A stretch of 64,000 nt of DNA from a virus, in UHGV virus genome UHGV-0171787; one strand, 5' to 3'. The translations under genes and the position numbers were made by a program. Below, piece by piece: positions 51,056 through 60,019 of this stretch (positions are counted from its first letter, which is position 1; each line of letters begins with the position of its first letter). The notes beneath the pieces were generated by a model that did not search any database, had not been told where the DNA came from, and saw only the letters and a program-made list of their open reading frames with translations.

Positions 51056-52159
51056 TTACAGCGCTTGTTCTAACTGGTTTTCCAAATGGTCTGGAATGTA
51101 CTCTGTAATATTGATATCGCTGTGACCTGACTCACGTAGTAAGTCAAAGATCTCACGGATACGTTGCTCTGGTGCAGATCGTACAGTAGATAGGTCTGTT
51201 GTATTAAGCATGACCAAAATCTCTTGGTACAATCTGTTAGCGTTACCTCGGACATACCCAAGGAATCCGTAGAAGTCTGGAATAAGACGTAAGTCGACAA
51301 GAACTTCCCCGTTGGGATTGGTTCGACGTAAACGAATACGACCAGACTGCTCTACTTCATGAGAACGGCAATACAAAACATCACGGGCCATACAATACCC
51401 AGAATGCAAATCCAATTCATCCAGATTATAATCCAGAGGAAGGTAAGGAAGCATTGGGGCGAATCGTACAGTATTTAAATGCTCAACAAACTGATCATTG
51501 CTCATATCTTCGTTATCTAAAGCCAGCTTCTTCAACATCAAGAAGCGGTTAACCAGATTGAGAAGTTGACCACGTTTCCACTTAGGCTCACTGATACGGA
51601 ACTCAATTGAACCGTACTGGGCAAGTGGCAGAAGGTTCAGGGATGTATACTTATCCCACGAACGAACTAGACGGTTGAAGAACTCTTCACCATCGTAGTT
51701 AAATGCGTCAGAGGCATTCATCACCTGTGCTTGTACTACTGCGAAAGCAGGGCAGAAGTTGCTACGGTAACGATGGTAGCCTGAACACTTGAACAACATC
51801 TTTTCATAGAAGGTCCAAGCGAGAATGGTTTTCTTGAGGATATTACTATCAGCATCCCTCATATCCATATGAACGTGAGTAGAGCAACGCCAAGTCCCCT
51901 CGGCGTGCGATTCAGCTACTGCTTCACTCAGGTTGTTGATAGCGTCTAACAACTCCTGTCCATTATAAGGTCGTGAACATACCATTTCACAACCATTACG
52001 CAGGGAACCATCCTCTGTACAATCCCACATATCTGCTTCGATATGGTCGGAGCCTTCGAGTTCTAGTTCGATACCGACACCGCACTGAAGTGCAATTGAA
52101 CTATGCGCCTCAGTTAAACGACCTTCTCGATATCCAAAAGTTTGCGCTACAGTTGTCAT
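51056..52159 (-). CDS. Amidoligase-like protein (glutamine synthetase-like carboxylate-amine ligase family)
   Basis: 367 aa; GIELELEG ... DGSL ... CSTHVHMDM pattern of the putative amidoligase family. Confidence 0.5.
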   Translation of the reverse strand: MTTVAQTFGYREGRLTEAHSSIALQCGVGIELELEGSDHIEADMWDCTEDGSLRNGCEMVCSRPYNGQELLDAINNLSEAVAESHAEGTWRCSTHVHMDMRDADSNILKKTILAWTFYEKMLFKCSGYHRYRSNFCPAFAVVQAQVMNASDAFNYDGEEFFNRLVRSWDKYTSLNLLPLAQYGSIEFRISEPKWKRGQLLNLVNRFLMLKKLALDNEDMSNDQFVEHLNTVRFAPMLPYLPLDYNLDELDLHSGYCMARDVLYCRSHEVEQSGRIRLRRTNPNGEVLVDLRLIPDFYGFLGYVRGNANRLYQEILVMLNTTDLSTVRSAPEQRIREIFDLLRESGHSDINITEYIPDHLENQLEQAL

Positions 52160-52773
52160 AACGAATCCACCAACGTAATATTATAATTGCTAAGGTTTTC
52201 AGAGATGTGATGAAAATATTCCAGAAGTCGCATCGGTTGCTGACCGTAAGAGTCACGAGGTGCTTCCAGATCTACCTGACCTACCCGTGCACCTTTATAG
52301 TGCACTTTACCATCTGTAGGATTGATGTAAATGTAACGAGTAACCAATCCATCAAATTCAGGATTGAACAGACTGTAAACCATTTCCCCAGAGATAGCAC
52401 GACCAACACCCGGAGCATTTCGAATCTTATTACCCATCAAACCCTTCGCTCTCTGACGAACAGGGTTGATGTGAGTCCAGCTTACAGTGTTACCATTATG
52501 GAACAGATAACCAACATCAGGTGATTCAAGAATCAAGGTTGGGTCGAACACTGGAATATTTATCGTAGTGTTTCGGAGATCCCCATGCTCGTTCTTGTGC
52601 CACTGCTCTACAACAAAATACAGAGCTTGTTCTGCTTCGTGAGAGAAATCATCGCTGCGGAAGTTACCGCTCTGCTCAACACCAATCACAAAACACGGAA
52701 GGTTGATATTGCCTGCTCGTTTAGCAATCCATGTACCATTATAGTAATGAGAAAAATCAGCTACTAAGCTCAC
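52156..52773 (-). CDS. Hypothetical protein (enzyme-cluster member)
   Basis: ORF track, 205 aa; 4-nt overlap with the amidoligase gene. Confidence 0.45.
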   Translation of the reverse strand: MSLVADFSHYYNGTWIAKRAGNINLPCFVIGVEQSGNFRSDDFSHEAEQALYFVVEQWHKNEHGDLRNTTINIPVFDPTLILESPDVGYLFHNGNTVSWTHINPVRQRAKGLMGNKIRNAPGVGRAISGEMVYSLFNPEFDGLVTRYIYINPTDGKVHYKGARVGQVDLEAPRDSYGQQPMRLLEYFHHISENLSNYNITLVDSL

Positions 52774-52782
52774 GATAACCTC

Positions 52783-53589
52783 TTATGCTACCTGAAGGAG
52801 TTTGATCTGCTGGTCAGCTTCTTTAACGTTGTTCCCGTTAATGATTTCATGAAGCTTCTCAATCGGAAGGCGAGAGTGCAATGCCATCAGAGTGGACATG
52901 TCACACTGCTGAACAACCTTGTCAACCTGATCGTAAACAAACTTACGATTTTCACGATCACTAATCCAGAAGTTGGACAGCGAACGGTATTCAATACCAT
53001 AGTCTTTATAACGGATTGCAGATGCTTTACCATAGAGTTCTTTACGGCGAGTATCTTTGTCCATAATTACTGCTGGAAGAGACAGGAAGTAGTCACACAG
53101 CACACCCAGCATCATCTGAGTTTGCAGAGTGATATCCAAAGCACCAACTACGCCAAGATGTACGTGACCACCGGCAGTACGAAGCCCTTTGTTCTGAGAA
53201 GTCGGGGATGGATTCTTCTGACCAGTGAAAGCGTTGAAATCAGGAGTACACCCGAAGATGAACGCTGATTCATTGAAAGTCTTCATCTCTTCTTCAGTGA
53301 AGATGTGAGAGCTAACACCCGGAGCTGTTTCCATGTCAAGTTTGTTCAGGACACTGTTGGTGAGATCAATACCACGTTGCATGTTGTCGTTAAACGCTTC
53401 AAAGCTGCTCTGTGGGTCAATATCAAACTCAGCCAGTACGTTGTCCTCTTGAAGACGAACATCCTTAGCCAGAGTGATCTTATCGTCCTTAGAACAACCT
53501 AACAGACCAGCTACCGAGGTAATGATACCATTACTGGTGCGAACGAACATCTCGGGATCGCTCCCAATAAGGAATTTGCGCTTAGTCAT
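52783..53589 (-). CDS. Hypothetical protein, possibly a second divergent carboxylate-amine ligase
   Basis: 268 aa; LIGSDPEMFV and GGHVHLGV motifs loosely parallel the acidic and HxH motifs of the adjacent amidoligase. Confidence 0.4.
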   Translation of the reverse strand: MTKRKFLIGSDPEMFVRTSNGIITSVAGLLGCSKDDKITLAKDVRLQEDNVLAEFDIDPQSSFEAFNDNMQRGIDLTNSVLNKLDMETAPGVSSHIFTEEEMKTFNESAFIFGCTPDFNAFTGQKNPSPTSQNKGLRTAGGHVHLGVVGALDITLQTQMMLGVLCDYFLSLPAVIMDKDTRRKELYGKASAIRYKDYGIEYRSLSNFWISDRENRKFVYDQVDKVVQQCDMSTLMALHSRLPIEKLHEIINGNNVKEADQQIKLLQVA

Positions 53590-54553
53590 TGTAATACTCC
53601 ACTAGTTCAGAAAAGAGAGATGAGATTGTGTTACCAACTTCTTCAAGAGTAAGACCAGAACTTGGGCCAGTACGCTGAATCAGTCGGGCTGTAAAGTTTT
53701 GTACTGTAATGCTTTCCAACTTATTGTCTATTGTTTCACGTTTGTGACCATGACAGTTGGACCAGAGTCTTAACCACCCTGACATTGTTTCATACTCGTC
53801 TGGGTCTTGATCTTTATCAAGAGCAAATCCTCGTAAGGCCTCTGGGTTATGGTTACGAACATAACCATTCTCATTGTAACCAACACCGAAGGGGTTTTGA
53901 ACCCATACTTGCTTCGTGTACTCATCAGAGTCTACAACCAAAGGAAGGAATGCTGCTGCTGACATACCATTTTCGATAACAATGGCTGTGTTCTCACCAC
54001 TCCCATTGGAGGTTCCTCGTTGAGACCATCTACCGAAGAAGTCACGGCCCAATCCAGCTAACACTAGAGCGATGCCGATGCGTTTACGCTTCAGCCACTC
54101 TTCCCTGTCTTCAATTCCTTCTGCTAGGAAATCCATTCCACGATACTGCCCTTCCAGAATACTACGGAAGAGCATAAGTCCTGTGAAGATCTGATCTGCT
54201 GGATGCTCACGAAGGTTGACAGCAACACTATTCGCTGAAGTGATTGTAAATACGTCACGATAGCAAGACATGGAGTTCATAATGTCTGCTGTTTCAACCA
54301 AGTTCTTTTCAATCTCAGATGCAGGGTGATTGTGAAAAGAGTGAGTCCAGTAATTCAACATCTCCAATTGCAAGTTAATACCACGGTTGAAGCGTCTATA
54401 ACGCCCATCTTCCGTGATAACTTCGCCATCAATATCATTTACGCATTGGCCTTGCATGTAGTTGTGGACACCGAAGCACCCACGACCTAAGAACTTCTGT
54501 TCCCCTAAATCCTGTTGAAGATTCAGAGGTACGATCGTTGTGGAGATTGACAT
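53582..54553 (-). CDS. Hypothetical protein (enzyme-cluster member)
   Basis: ORF track, 323 aa; overlaps neighbours by a few nt. Confidence 0.45.
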   Translation of the reverse strand: MSISTTIVPLNLQQDLGEQKFLGRGCFGVHNYMQGQCVNDIDGEVITEDGRYRRFNRGINLQLEMLNYWTHSFHNHPASEIEKNLVETADIMNSMSCYRDVFTITSANSVAVNLREHPADQIFTGLMLFRSILEGQYRGMDFLAEGIEDREEWLKRKRIGIALVLAGLGRDFFGRWSQRGTSNGSGENTAIVIENGMSAAAFLPLVVDSDEYTKQVWVQNPFGVGYNENGYVRNHNPEALRGFALDKDQDPDEYETMSGWLRLWSNCHGHKRETIDNKLESITVQNFTARLIQRTGPSSGLTLEEVGNTISSLFSELVEYYND

Positions 54554-54555
54554 AA

Positions 54556-55761
54556 CTAACCTTTTATTTTCCTAAAAAATAATCCGCTCATAACACCATC
54601 CCATTCAGAAGATGGAACCACTGAATACTCCGAACTTCGGTCCAGAGTTCCACTACTAAATCGCTGAACAATGTTATAGATGTTGAACATATCTTTAGTC
54701 TCAATACGATTACCGTAGATTAACTTTTCAGCTGTTCTTTCATTTTTAGACACGCGACGGGTAAAGTTAACCAAAAGGTTATCACCTTTAAGTATCTCTG
54801 ACCCATCTTTTACTAGATCGGGATGCATCACTGGCAAGAACATTGAGTTGTTCACTCGTAATTCTGCTGTTTCATCATTCTCATAATGAATCCACTTAAA
54901 ATCTTCATCACGAAAGTGACCGCATCCATCTCTGTATGACTGTTGACGCCAAGGCACTTGAAATGCTTCAGCGTATTTATCAGCCATACCAACTGTAAAT
55001 AGCGACGCTGGGAAGATACAAGCATCCCAATCATTACCAACCAGAGTTGCTTTCGTTTCACCCAAGAGGTTAGTGTAAGTGCTAACCATTCGTGAGTAAA
55101 CATAAGCCTGAAGGATTGTCCAGCCTTCAACCAACCATTTATGGAGGAAGGTTTCAACTTGACTCTCTTCATCTTCACAATAGAAGGTTCGATCTAACAT
55201 CAAATAGAACAGACAGCGATCAGCAGGAACATTTTCAGTTGCTACACCCATAAAACCTTTCTCGTGCCAGCGTAAACAGGAGGGACGATCTTTGTCCACA
55301 AATGCTTCCATAGCTTCCAGTACAGCACGAGGTGTGGTTCGATGCTCAGGGTTTTTGTCATTCCAACGTTCAATGTTGTTTTTAAGCTCGCCTTCGTAAT
55401 CAATAGCACCCCAACCCAAAGCTGCGGATACAGGTTTTTCATCACGCCAACGTATAAAACCTAACATCTTCATGTGAGTTCCGGAGTTCCAGATATGCTT
55501 AATTTTACACATATCCATTTCTTTACTTAACAGGAACTCTTCCCCATCAGAACTACGAACGTTATCTTTTTCATGCCACACTCGAACGTGCATATTCCAC
55601 CCATGAGTTGCCTCATACATGTTAAGGTCGAAGTAGTCACCATCTTCGTCATCGTTTTCATCAACGCCACCGTTATAGTTGCGAAGCTGAAGGAACCCAT
55701 AACAAGGAGGGTTGACCGTTAAAACATTACCTTCAGTATCTTCTAATGTTACTGGAAACAT
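54556..55761 (-). CDS. Hypothetical protein (enzyme-cluster member)
   Basis: ORF track, 401 aa. Confidence 0.45.
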   Translation of the reverse strand: MFPVTLEDTEGNVLTVNPPCYGFLQLRNYNGGVDENDDEDGDYFDLNMYEATHGWNMHVRVWHEKDNVRSSDGEEFLLSKEMDMCKIKHIWNSGTHMKMLGFIRWRDEKPVSAALGWGAIDYEGELKNNIERWNDKNPEHRTTPRAVLEAMEAFVDKDRPSCLRWHEKGFMGVATENVPADRCLFYLMLDRTFYCEDEESQVETFLHKWLVEGWTILQAYVYSRMVSTYTNLLGETKATLVGNDWDACIFPASLFTVGMADKYAEAFQVPWRQQSYRDGCGHFRDEDFKWIHYENDETAELRVNNSMFLPVMHPDLVKDGSEILKGDNLLVNFTRRVSKNERTAEKLIYGNRIETKDMFNIYNIVQRFSSGTLDRSSEYSVVPSSEWDGVMSGLFFRKIKG

Positions 55762-55772
55762 TATACCAACCT

Positions 55773-56135
55773 CTATTGGTTTTTAATCAACTCAATCGAC
55801 TTACGGATATAAAGAATATCTCGGAAGTTTCGATAGTTGTTCATAAATTGGTGCTTCTGGAAAGTAGCTTCTTCCAGAGCTTTCTTTGCTTCTTCGTAGT
55901 TTTTACGGGCAAGATGTACAACCCGCTCTGGTAACACATTTGCACGACGGATGATATACTTGTGAGCTTTCATGTTGCTTTGCTCACGAGCAATCTTACT
56001 TTTAGCAACTTTGATACCATTTGCAATCCAAGCAAGTTCTTGCTCAAGCTCATCGTTGGACATACCACCGAGGTTTGATGCAACCTTGTTCAGAGTTTCA
56101 ATATTAACGTTGCCCTTAATGGGACGTGTATTCAT
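55773..56135 (-). CDS. Hypothetical protein
   Basis: ORF track, 120 aa; charged helical. Confidence 0.45.
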   Translation of the reverse strand: MNTRPIKGNVNIETLNKVASNLGGMSNDELEQELAWIANGIKVAKSKIAREQSNMKAHKYIIRRANVLPERVVHLARKNYEEAKKALEEATFQKHQFMNNYRNFRDILYIRKSIELIKNQ

Positions 56136-56137
56136 AC

Positions 56138-56290
56138 TTACTCCTGTTGTTTACACTCGTCAGTAACCCACTGATAAGTGGATTGCCCAGAAAAGAAACA
56201 CTGAATAAATCCAGATGTTCTCTGCGTTACCAGTGCTAGTGCACAAATCACTACCGCTGCTGCTAGCAGTTTTAAACCTAATTTAGACAT
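56138..56290 (-). CDS. Small signal-peptide/TM protein (50 aa)
   Basis: Hand-translated MSKLGLKLLAAAVVICALALVTQRTSGFIQCFFSGQSTYQWVTDECKQQE; GAGGA SD; stop 2 nt from the next ATG. Confidence 0.4.
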   Translation of the reverse strand: MSKLGLKLLAAAVVICALALVTQRTSGFIQCFFSGQSTYQWVTDECKQQE

Positions 56291-56487
56291 ATTTCCTCTC
56301 ATTGAATTTAAAAAAGGACTCTCCGAAAAGAGCCAAGCTTTAAATCCAAAAAAAAGATATTACCCAATATCTGTGGATAACCTGCTCTTAAAATATCTAT
56401 CCGACGGATGTTTGAGGAACACTCCTCGCCCTAGCATCGGCCCCATACGGGAAATATATTAAGATTAGGTTAGTTGAGTTAGAATAA

Positions 56488-56515
56488 CTCACATAGCCCT
56501 CCGAAGAAGGCTATA
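56488..56515. repeat. Hairpin element CTCACATAGCCCT...GGCTAT (copy 1)
   Basis: Shares the 13-mer ctcacatagccct with the element at 59978; stem atagcc/ggctat with a 10-nt loop. Confidence 0.4.
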
Positions 56516-56556
56516 GGCGTTACTACAACTAAAAATCACCTGATTTTACAAAATCA

Positions 56557-56790
56557 TCACTCGCCTTTCTTAGCACGATCTTTGGCAGTTTTGCCAGTGC
56601 GGATGCGATAGGAAACGTTAACCAGAGTGCCACCATCAACTACGGTAACGCTCTTGTTTTTAGCCAGATCAAATACAGTCTTCTCTGTGCCACCCAAGCG
56701 AATCTGCTTAGGCTCGCTGAAGGTTTGGGTTGATTTGGATTGGAACTGGAACGGTTGACGGATTGCATCGATTGCGCTTACTTTAGACAT
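56557..56790 (-). CDS. Hypothetical protein
   Basis: ORF track, 77 aa. Confidence 0.4.
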   Translation of the reverse strand: MSKVSAIDAIRQPFQFQSKSTQTFSEPKQIRLGGTEKTVFDLAKNKSVTVVDGGTLVNVSYRIRTGKTAKDRAKKGE

Positions 56791-57021
56791 AGGGGAAATT
56801 CCTTAAAAAGTTATGGCTGCGTAGAGGGAATTCCCTACGCAAATTGGGCCGCCTACAGAGAGGCGTCATAGTACTAAAAGGAGGAGAGAAGAAGGCTTAT
56901 TTAGCTACCTTTTTCTGTCCATTTACGAACCAGATAATTGAACCGTCAGGCTGTCGTTGACCGAAGCCTTTCTGGGTAATCATATCGTCATAAGAATATG
57001 CTTTACGTCTCATTTGTTTTC

Positions 57022-57270
57022 CTATGGAGTTAAGATAATTTCAGCCTTACTAAACTTCTCACCAACAACCATATCTCCAGAGATGACACGTAGTTCTCCA
57101 GTACCCAAATTAACAGCTCCAGCAGGTTGGCAACCTCTGCTCTTAGCTGTCATCATGTAAATCTTTTTATTCTGGCACTCTTGAAGTGTGAACACATCAG
57201 ACATGTTTAGATCTTTAACACGAAGAACTATCTTTTCTATGGAATCAACCTTGATACTGATAGTGCTCAT
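57022..57270 (-). CDS. Hypothetical protein
   Basis: ORF track, 82 aa. Confidence 0.4.
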   Translation of the reverse strand: MSTISIKVDSIEKIVLRVKDLNMSDVFTLQECQNKKIYMMTAKSRGCQPAGAVNLGTGELRVISGDMVVGEKFSKAEIILTP

Positions 57271-57275
57271 TGGTA

Positions 57276-57521
57276 TTACTCCTGAACCACTGACATGCGA
57301 ATCATTTCCACCTGAGTATCAGCACCTTTAGCACATAAGACCCCTGTGAGAAGATTTACCACAGTAATCCAACCGTTAACTACACTAATATTGCTAGAAG
57401 TGTTTTCAACTCTCATGTAATATTGAGGAGATGCTGAGCCACGTTGAATTACGAATGGGTTTCCGGGAATGATAGTAGACAAGGAAACAGTATTATCTTT
57501 AATCTTGGGAATGATCTTCAC
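57276..57521 (-). CDS. Hypothetical protein
   Basis: ORF track, 81 aa. Confidence 0.4.
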   Translation of the reverse strand: MKIIPKIKDNTVSLSTIIPGNPFVIQRGSASPQYYMRVENTSSNISVVNGWITVVNLLTGVLCAKGADTQVEMIRMSVVQE

Positions 57522-57529
57522 ATTGATTC

Positions 57530-57841
57530 CTATTTAAGTTTGAGGCTAATATTAAGGTGCATACATGCCCTGTTCTGTACAGCAGCATAACTTCTACCGA
57601 GCATGTCAGCCATTCTCTGAATAGACATGAACCCGGCATTACGGATAACAAACTGATCTTCTTCTTCAGACCACTTTAATCGAGCTTTAGCGCGAGAGAT
57701 TTTAAAACGAGAGCACGCAGCATTAATAATCTGTGCTGTTGTTCCCATCATCTCTGCTACTTCTTCAACTGTGTGATCTTTAATCAGAGTCTTTAGCAAA
57801 TCAATTTGCCAAGGAGTCCATTGAATCTGTGCAGGTTTCAT
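57530..57841 (-). CDS. Putative DNA-binding protein with two HTH-like segments
   Basis: 103 aa; two helix-turn-helix-like stretches (VEEVAEMMGTTAQIINAACSRF and IQRMADMLGRSYAAVQNRA). Confidence 0.4.
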   Translation of the reverse strand: MKPAQIQWTPWQIDLLKTLIKDHTVEEVAEMMGTTAQIINAACSRFKISRAKARLKWSEEEDQFVIRNAGFMSIQRMADMLGRSYAAVQNRACMHLNISLKLK

Positions 57842-58135
57842 ATACCCTCCAATTAAACATTTATATAAGACTTGCTTAGATAAAGATTCAATAAATAGGG
57901 GGAGGGGACGAATCCTCCCTTATCCTATTAGTTACTATTGCATGTAAGATCTAACAATCGGTTGCCTTTGTAGGAATAAGCGTTATGCTAATCCAGCACT
58001 AAACTCCCGCCCCCTTAGTGGGCTGGGTTATTAAAGGGTAACGCCCTTATGGGCTAGTTACATGAATGTTAGTTTGATAGGAGATCTGAAGTCCTATCTC
58101 AAAGGACTCTCGTAAGAATCCTTCACGATAAGTTC

Positions 58136-58333
58136 TTAATACACTAAGCCGTGTAAAAGAAACACCCTCTTTGTAAGCTCTGCTTTAGCTCTGTAATAAG
58201 CCCTAGAACCTAACAGACGGCTCTTAACAAAGAACTTAATGTCATTGCTAACATCTTGTATTAAACGCTCCTGTACAGCTTCTGAGGAGCTATTAATCGA
58301 ATCAATTAACACCTTTGTAGATGTGTAATTCAT
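58136..58333 (-). CDS. Hypothetical protein
   Basis: ORF track, 65 aa. Confidence 0.35.
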   Translation of the reverse strand: MNYTSTKVLIDSINSSSEAVQERLIQDVSNDIKFFVKSRLLGSRAYYRAKAELTKRVFLLHGLVY

Positions 58334-58432
58334 GTCACTACTCCCTACTAATTACAGCCTGTAAGGGCCACACAGACGATGAAGATACAGATTAAGGATA
58401 TTACACCACCCCAACTCATAACACACCTCATT

Positions 58433-58948
58433 CTATTTAGTTAACCAAAAACCTTTCGGCTTTTTAACAACACCAAGAATCCTACATCTCTTATGGACAG
58501 CCGAATCACTAACACTCAGTAACCTCCCTACTACGTACACGGGGTAAATGTCTATTAAAGACTGAAGAGATTCTTTTGTTATTTCAAACCGTCTGCTATC
58601 TAATTTGGCACAAAGCTGTGAGCAAAACCTTTGGTTGCTATTCTCTGAAACAAGGTAAATCTCTCCACAAAAAGAACATAATCTTTCTTCCATAACAGCC
58701 CCATGATGATGCCTGCTATGCTCCTCATAAGTCATGATTTCTAAATTAGATGGTTCGTTGTTTAACTTATTCTCATCCTTGTGATGAACCACTAGGTCAG
58801 AGTTCAGTTCGACACCGTAGAAATTTTGAGCAACATACCTATGAACATACACCTTTCCAGCTTTATTGGCCATAGGGTGTGTTGGTTGGTACACATACAA
58901 ATAACCAACACCTTTATCAACAACTGCTTTACTTAGATCTAGCTTCAT
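58433..58948 (-). CDS. HNH homing endonuclease
   Basis: 171 aa; VHHKDENKLNNEPSNLEIMTYEEHSRHHH HNH motif plus C-terminal CxxC pair. Confidence 0.65.
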   Translation of the reverse strand: MKLDLSKAVVDKGVGYLYVYQPTHPMANKAGKVYVHRYVAQNFYGVELNSDLVVHHKDENKLNNEPSNLEIMTYEEHSRHHHGAVMEERLCSFCGEIYLVSENSNQRFCSQLCAKLDSRRFEITKESLQSLIDIYPVYVVGRLLSVSDSAVHKRCRILGVVKKPKGFWLTK

Positions 58949-58968
58949 AATACCTCAAGAACTCTTAG

Positions 58969-59047
58969 CGAGGGTGACAGGACTCGAACCTGCATACTCC
59001 ATTTACTTCTTTAACGACCACTTAGAAGGCGGGGAAGATACACCCTC
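58969..59047 (-). tRNA. tRNA-like element (canonical T-arm and 7-bp acceptor stem; interior does not fold as a standard cloverleaf by eye)
   Basis: Minus-strand GAGGGTG...GCAGG-TTCGAGT-CCTGT-CACCCTC: perfect 7-bp acceptor pairing and GGTTCGAGTCC T-arm; a possible anticodon arm with UCU; no convincing D-arm found. Confidence 0.35.
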
Positions 59048-59068
59048 ACTAAGAGCTCTCGTTAATCC

Positions 59069-59320
59069 TCAAGCACAAGCAGGGAGTGTGATGATCTTAT
59101 ACTTACCTTCAAACTCTCCAAACAAACCCAAGAATGTAGGACTGTAGGTTCCAGTACAAACAAACTCATCAAACAATTCGTTATAGCTAGGCTTAATCTT
59201 CCAAGCCCATACATAACCCATCCTATCAATCGCAATGTAACGAGTGTTCAGAGGAACAGTCATCATCACACCATCAACTTCAATCACTTTAGTTATTGGT
59301 GCAGCTTGAAAGTTTTTCAT
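59069..59320 (-). CDS. Hypothetical protein
   Basis: ORF track, 83 aa; start overlaps the stop of an upstream small ORF (ATGA). Confidence 0.45.
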   Translation of the reverse strand: MKNFQAAPITKVIEVDGVMMTVPLNTRYIAIDRMGYVWAWKIKPSYNELFDEFVCTGTYSPTFLGLFGEFEGKYKIITLPACA

Positions 59321-59493
59321 ACTTTACCTTTGATAAAAATATCATTACCACAGACACAGCATGAACGAACAACAGTAGCGCCACGCTGAACGATACGAAC
59401 CTCTTCCTTAACCAGATTAATACGAGCACCGCAGCAAGGAGAATTGACATAAGAGTAACCAGCTTGTGTATTCTTGATTGTTTGCTTAGACAT
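59317..59493 (-). CDS. Small Cys-rich (zinc-ribbon-like) protein, 58 aa
   Basis: Hand-translated MSKQTIKNTQAGYSYVNSPCCGARINLVKEEVRIVQRGATVVRSCCVCGNDIFIKGKV; GAGGAAG SD; ATGA overlap with the downstream gene. Confidence 0.4.
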   Translation of the reverse strand: MSKQTIKNTQAGYSYVNSPCCGARINLVKEEVRIVQRGATVVRSCCVCGNDIFIKGKV

Positions 59494-59540
59494 TTTTAGC
59501 TTCCTCTTGTTAGTTTAAGTAAGAGTTGTCCCTTAATTAA

Positions 59541-59580
59541 AACAACAAAGGCCACCCGATTGGGCAGCCTTTTTATTTGT
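59541..59580 (-). terminator. Rho-independent terminator, GGCCACCCGATTGGG family (bidirectional-looking)
   Basis: aacaacaaaggccacccgattgggcagcctttttatttgt; hairpin flanked by A-rich and T-rich runs. Confidence 0.5.
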
Positions 59581-59977
59581 TAGCTGTTATAAGTCCAACC
59601 ACCTTGCTTGTTACGAATGGCAGACATTGCATGAAGCCAGAAGTCTTCCAGTTTCAGAGCACCGTTAGCTACTGCATCCATACGTTCAGGGCGGTTCATA
59701 CGTTTGGTTGATACTTTCATACCTATCTCTCTTTGTTAGTGGAGGCATTATTGCCAGTTGATATAGCGGATAGCTCTCACTATAGAGCCAACTACTCTAC
59801 AAACTGGTGAAGACTCCCTACCCCTAGGAAGTCTCCTGAATCCCAAACCAATACGTACCCCTACATATCGGAAAGTCTTTCGAAAATTAACAGGTTTTAG
59901 TCTAGCACCGGATGTTCGAGCAAGCTCTCCCTAGCGGTGTGGCATATGCCTGAATTAATAAGTTAATGAGGAACACC

Positions 59978-60010
59978 CTCACATAGCCCTCTGATGAATA
60001 CAAGGGCTAT
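59978..60010. repeat. Hairpin element CTCACATAGCCCT...AGGGCTAT (copy 2)
   Basis: Perfect 8-bp stem atagccct/agggctat with a 12-nt loop, starting 10 nt beyond the stop of gene 60020-60316. Confidence 0.4.
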
Positions 60011-60019
60011 AAGTCGGTG

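Noticed and set aside
56880-57013. 38-aa minus-strand ORF (MRRKAYSYDDMITQKGFGQ...)
   Set aside because: Weak SD and no coupling to neighbours; too little evidence to call.
58969-59047. tRNA-like element as a lysogeny attachment site
   Set aside because: No integrase, excisionase or repressor was found anywhere in the window, and the gene content is that of a lytic phage.
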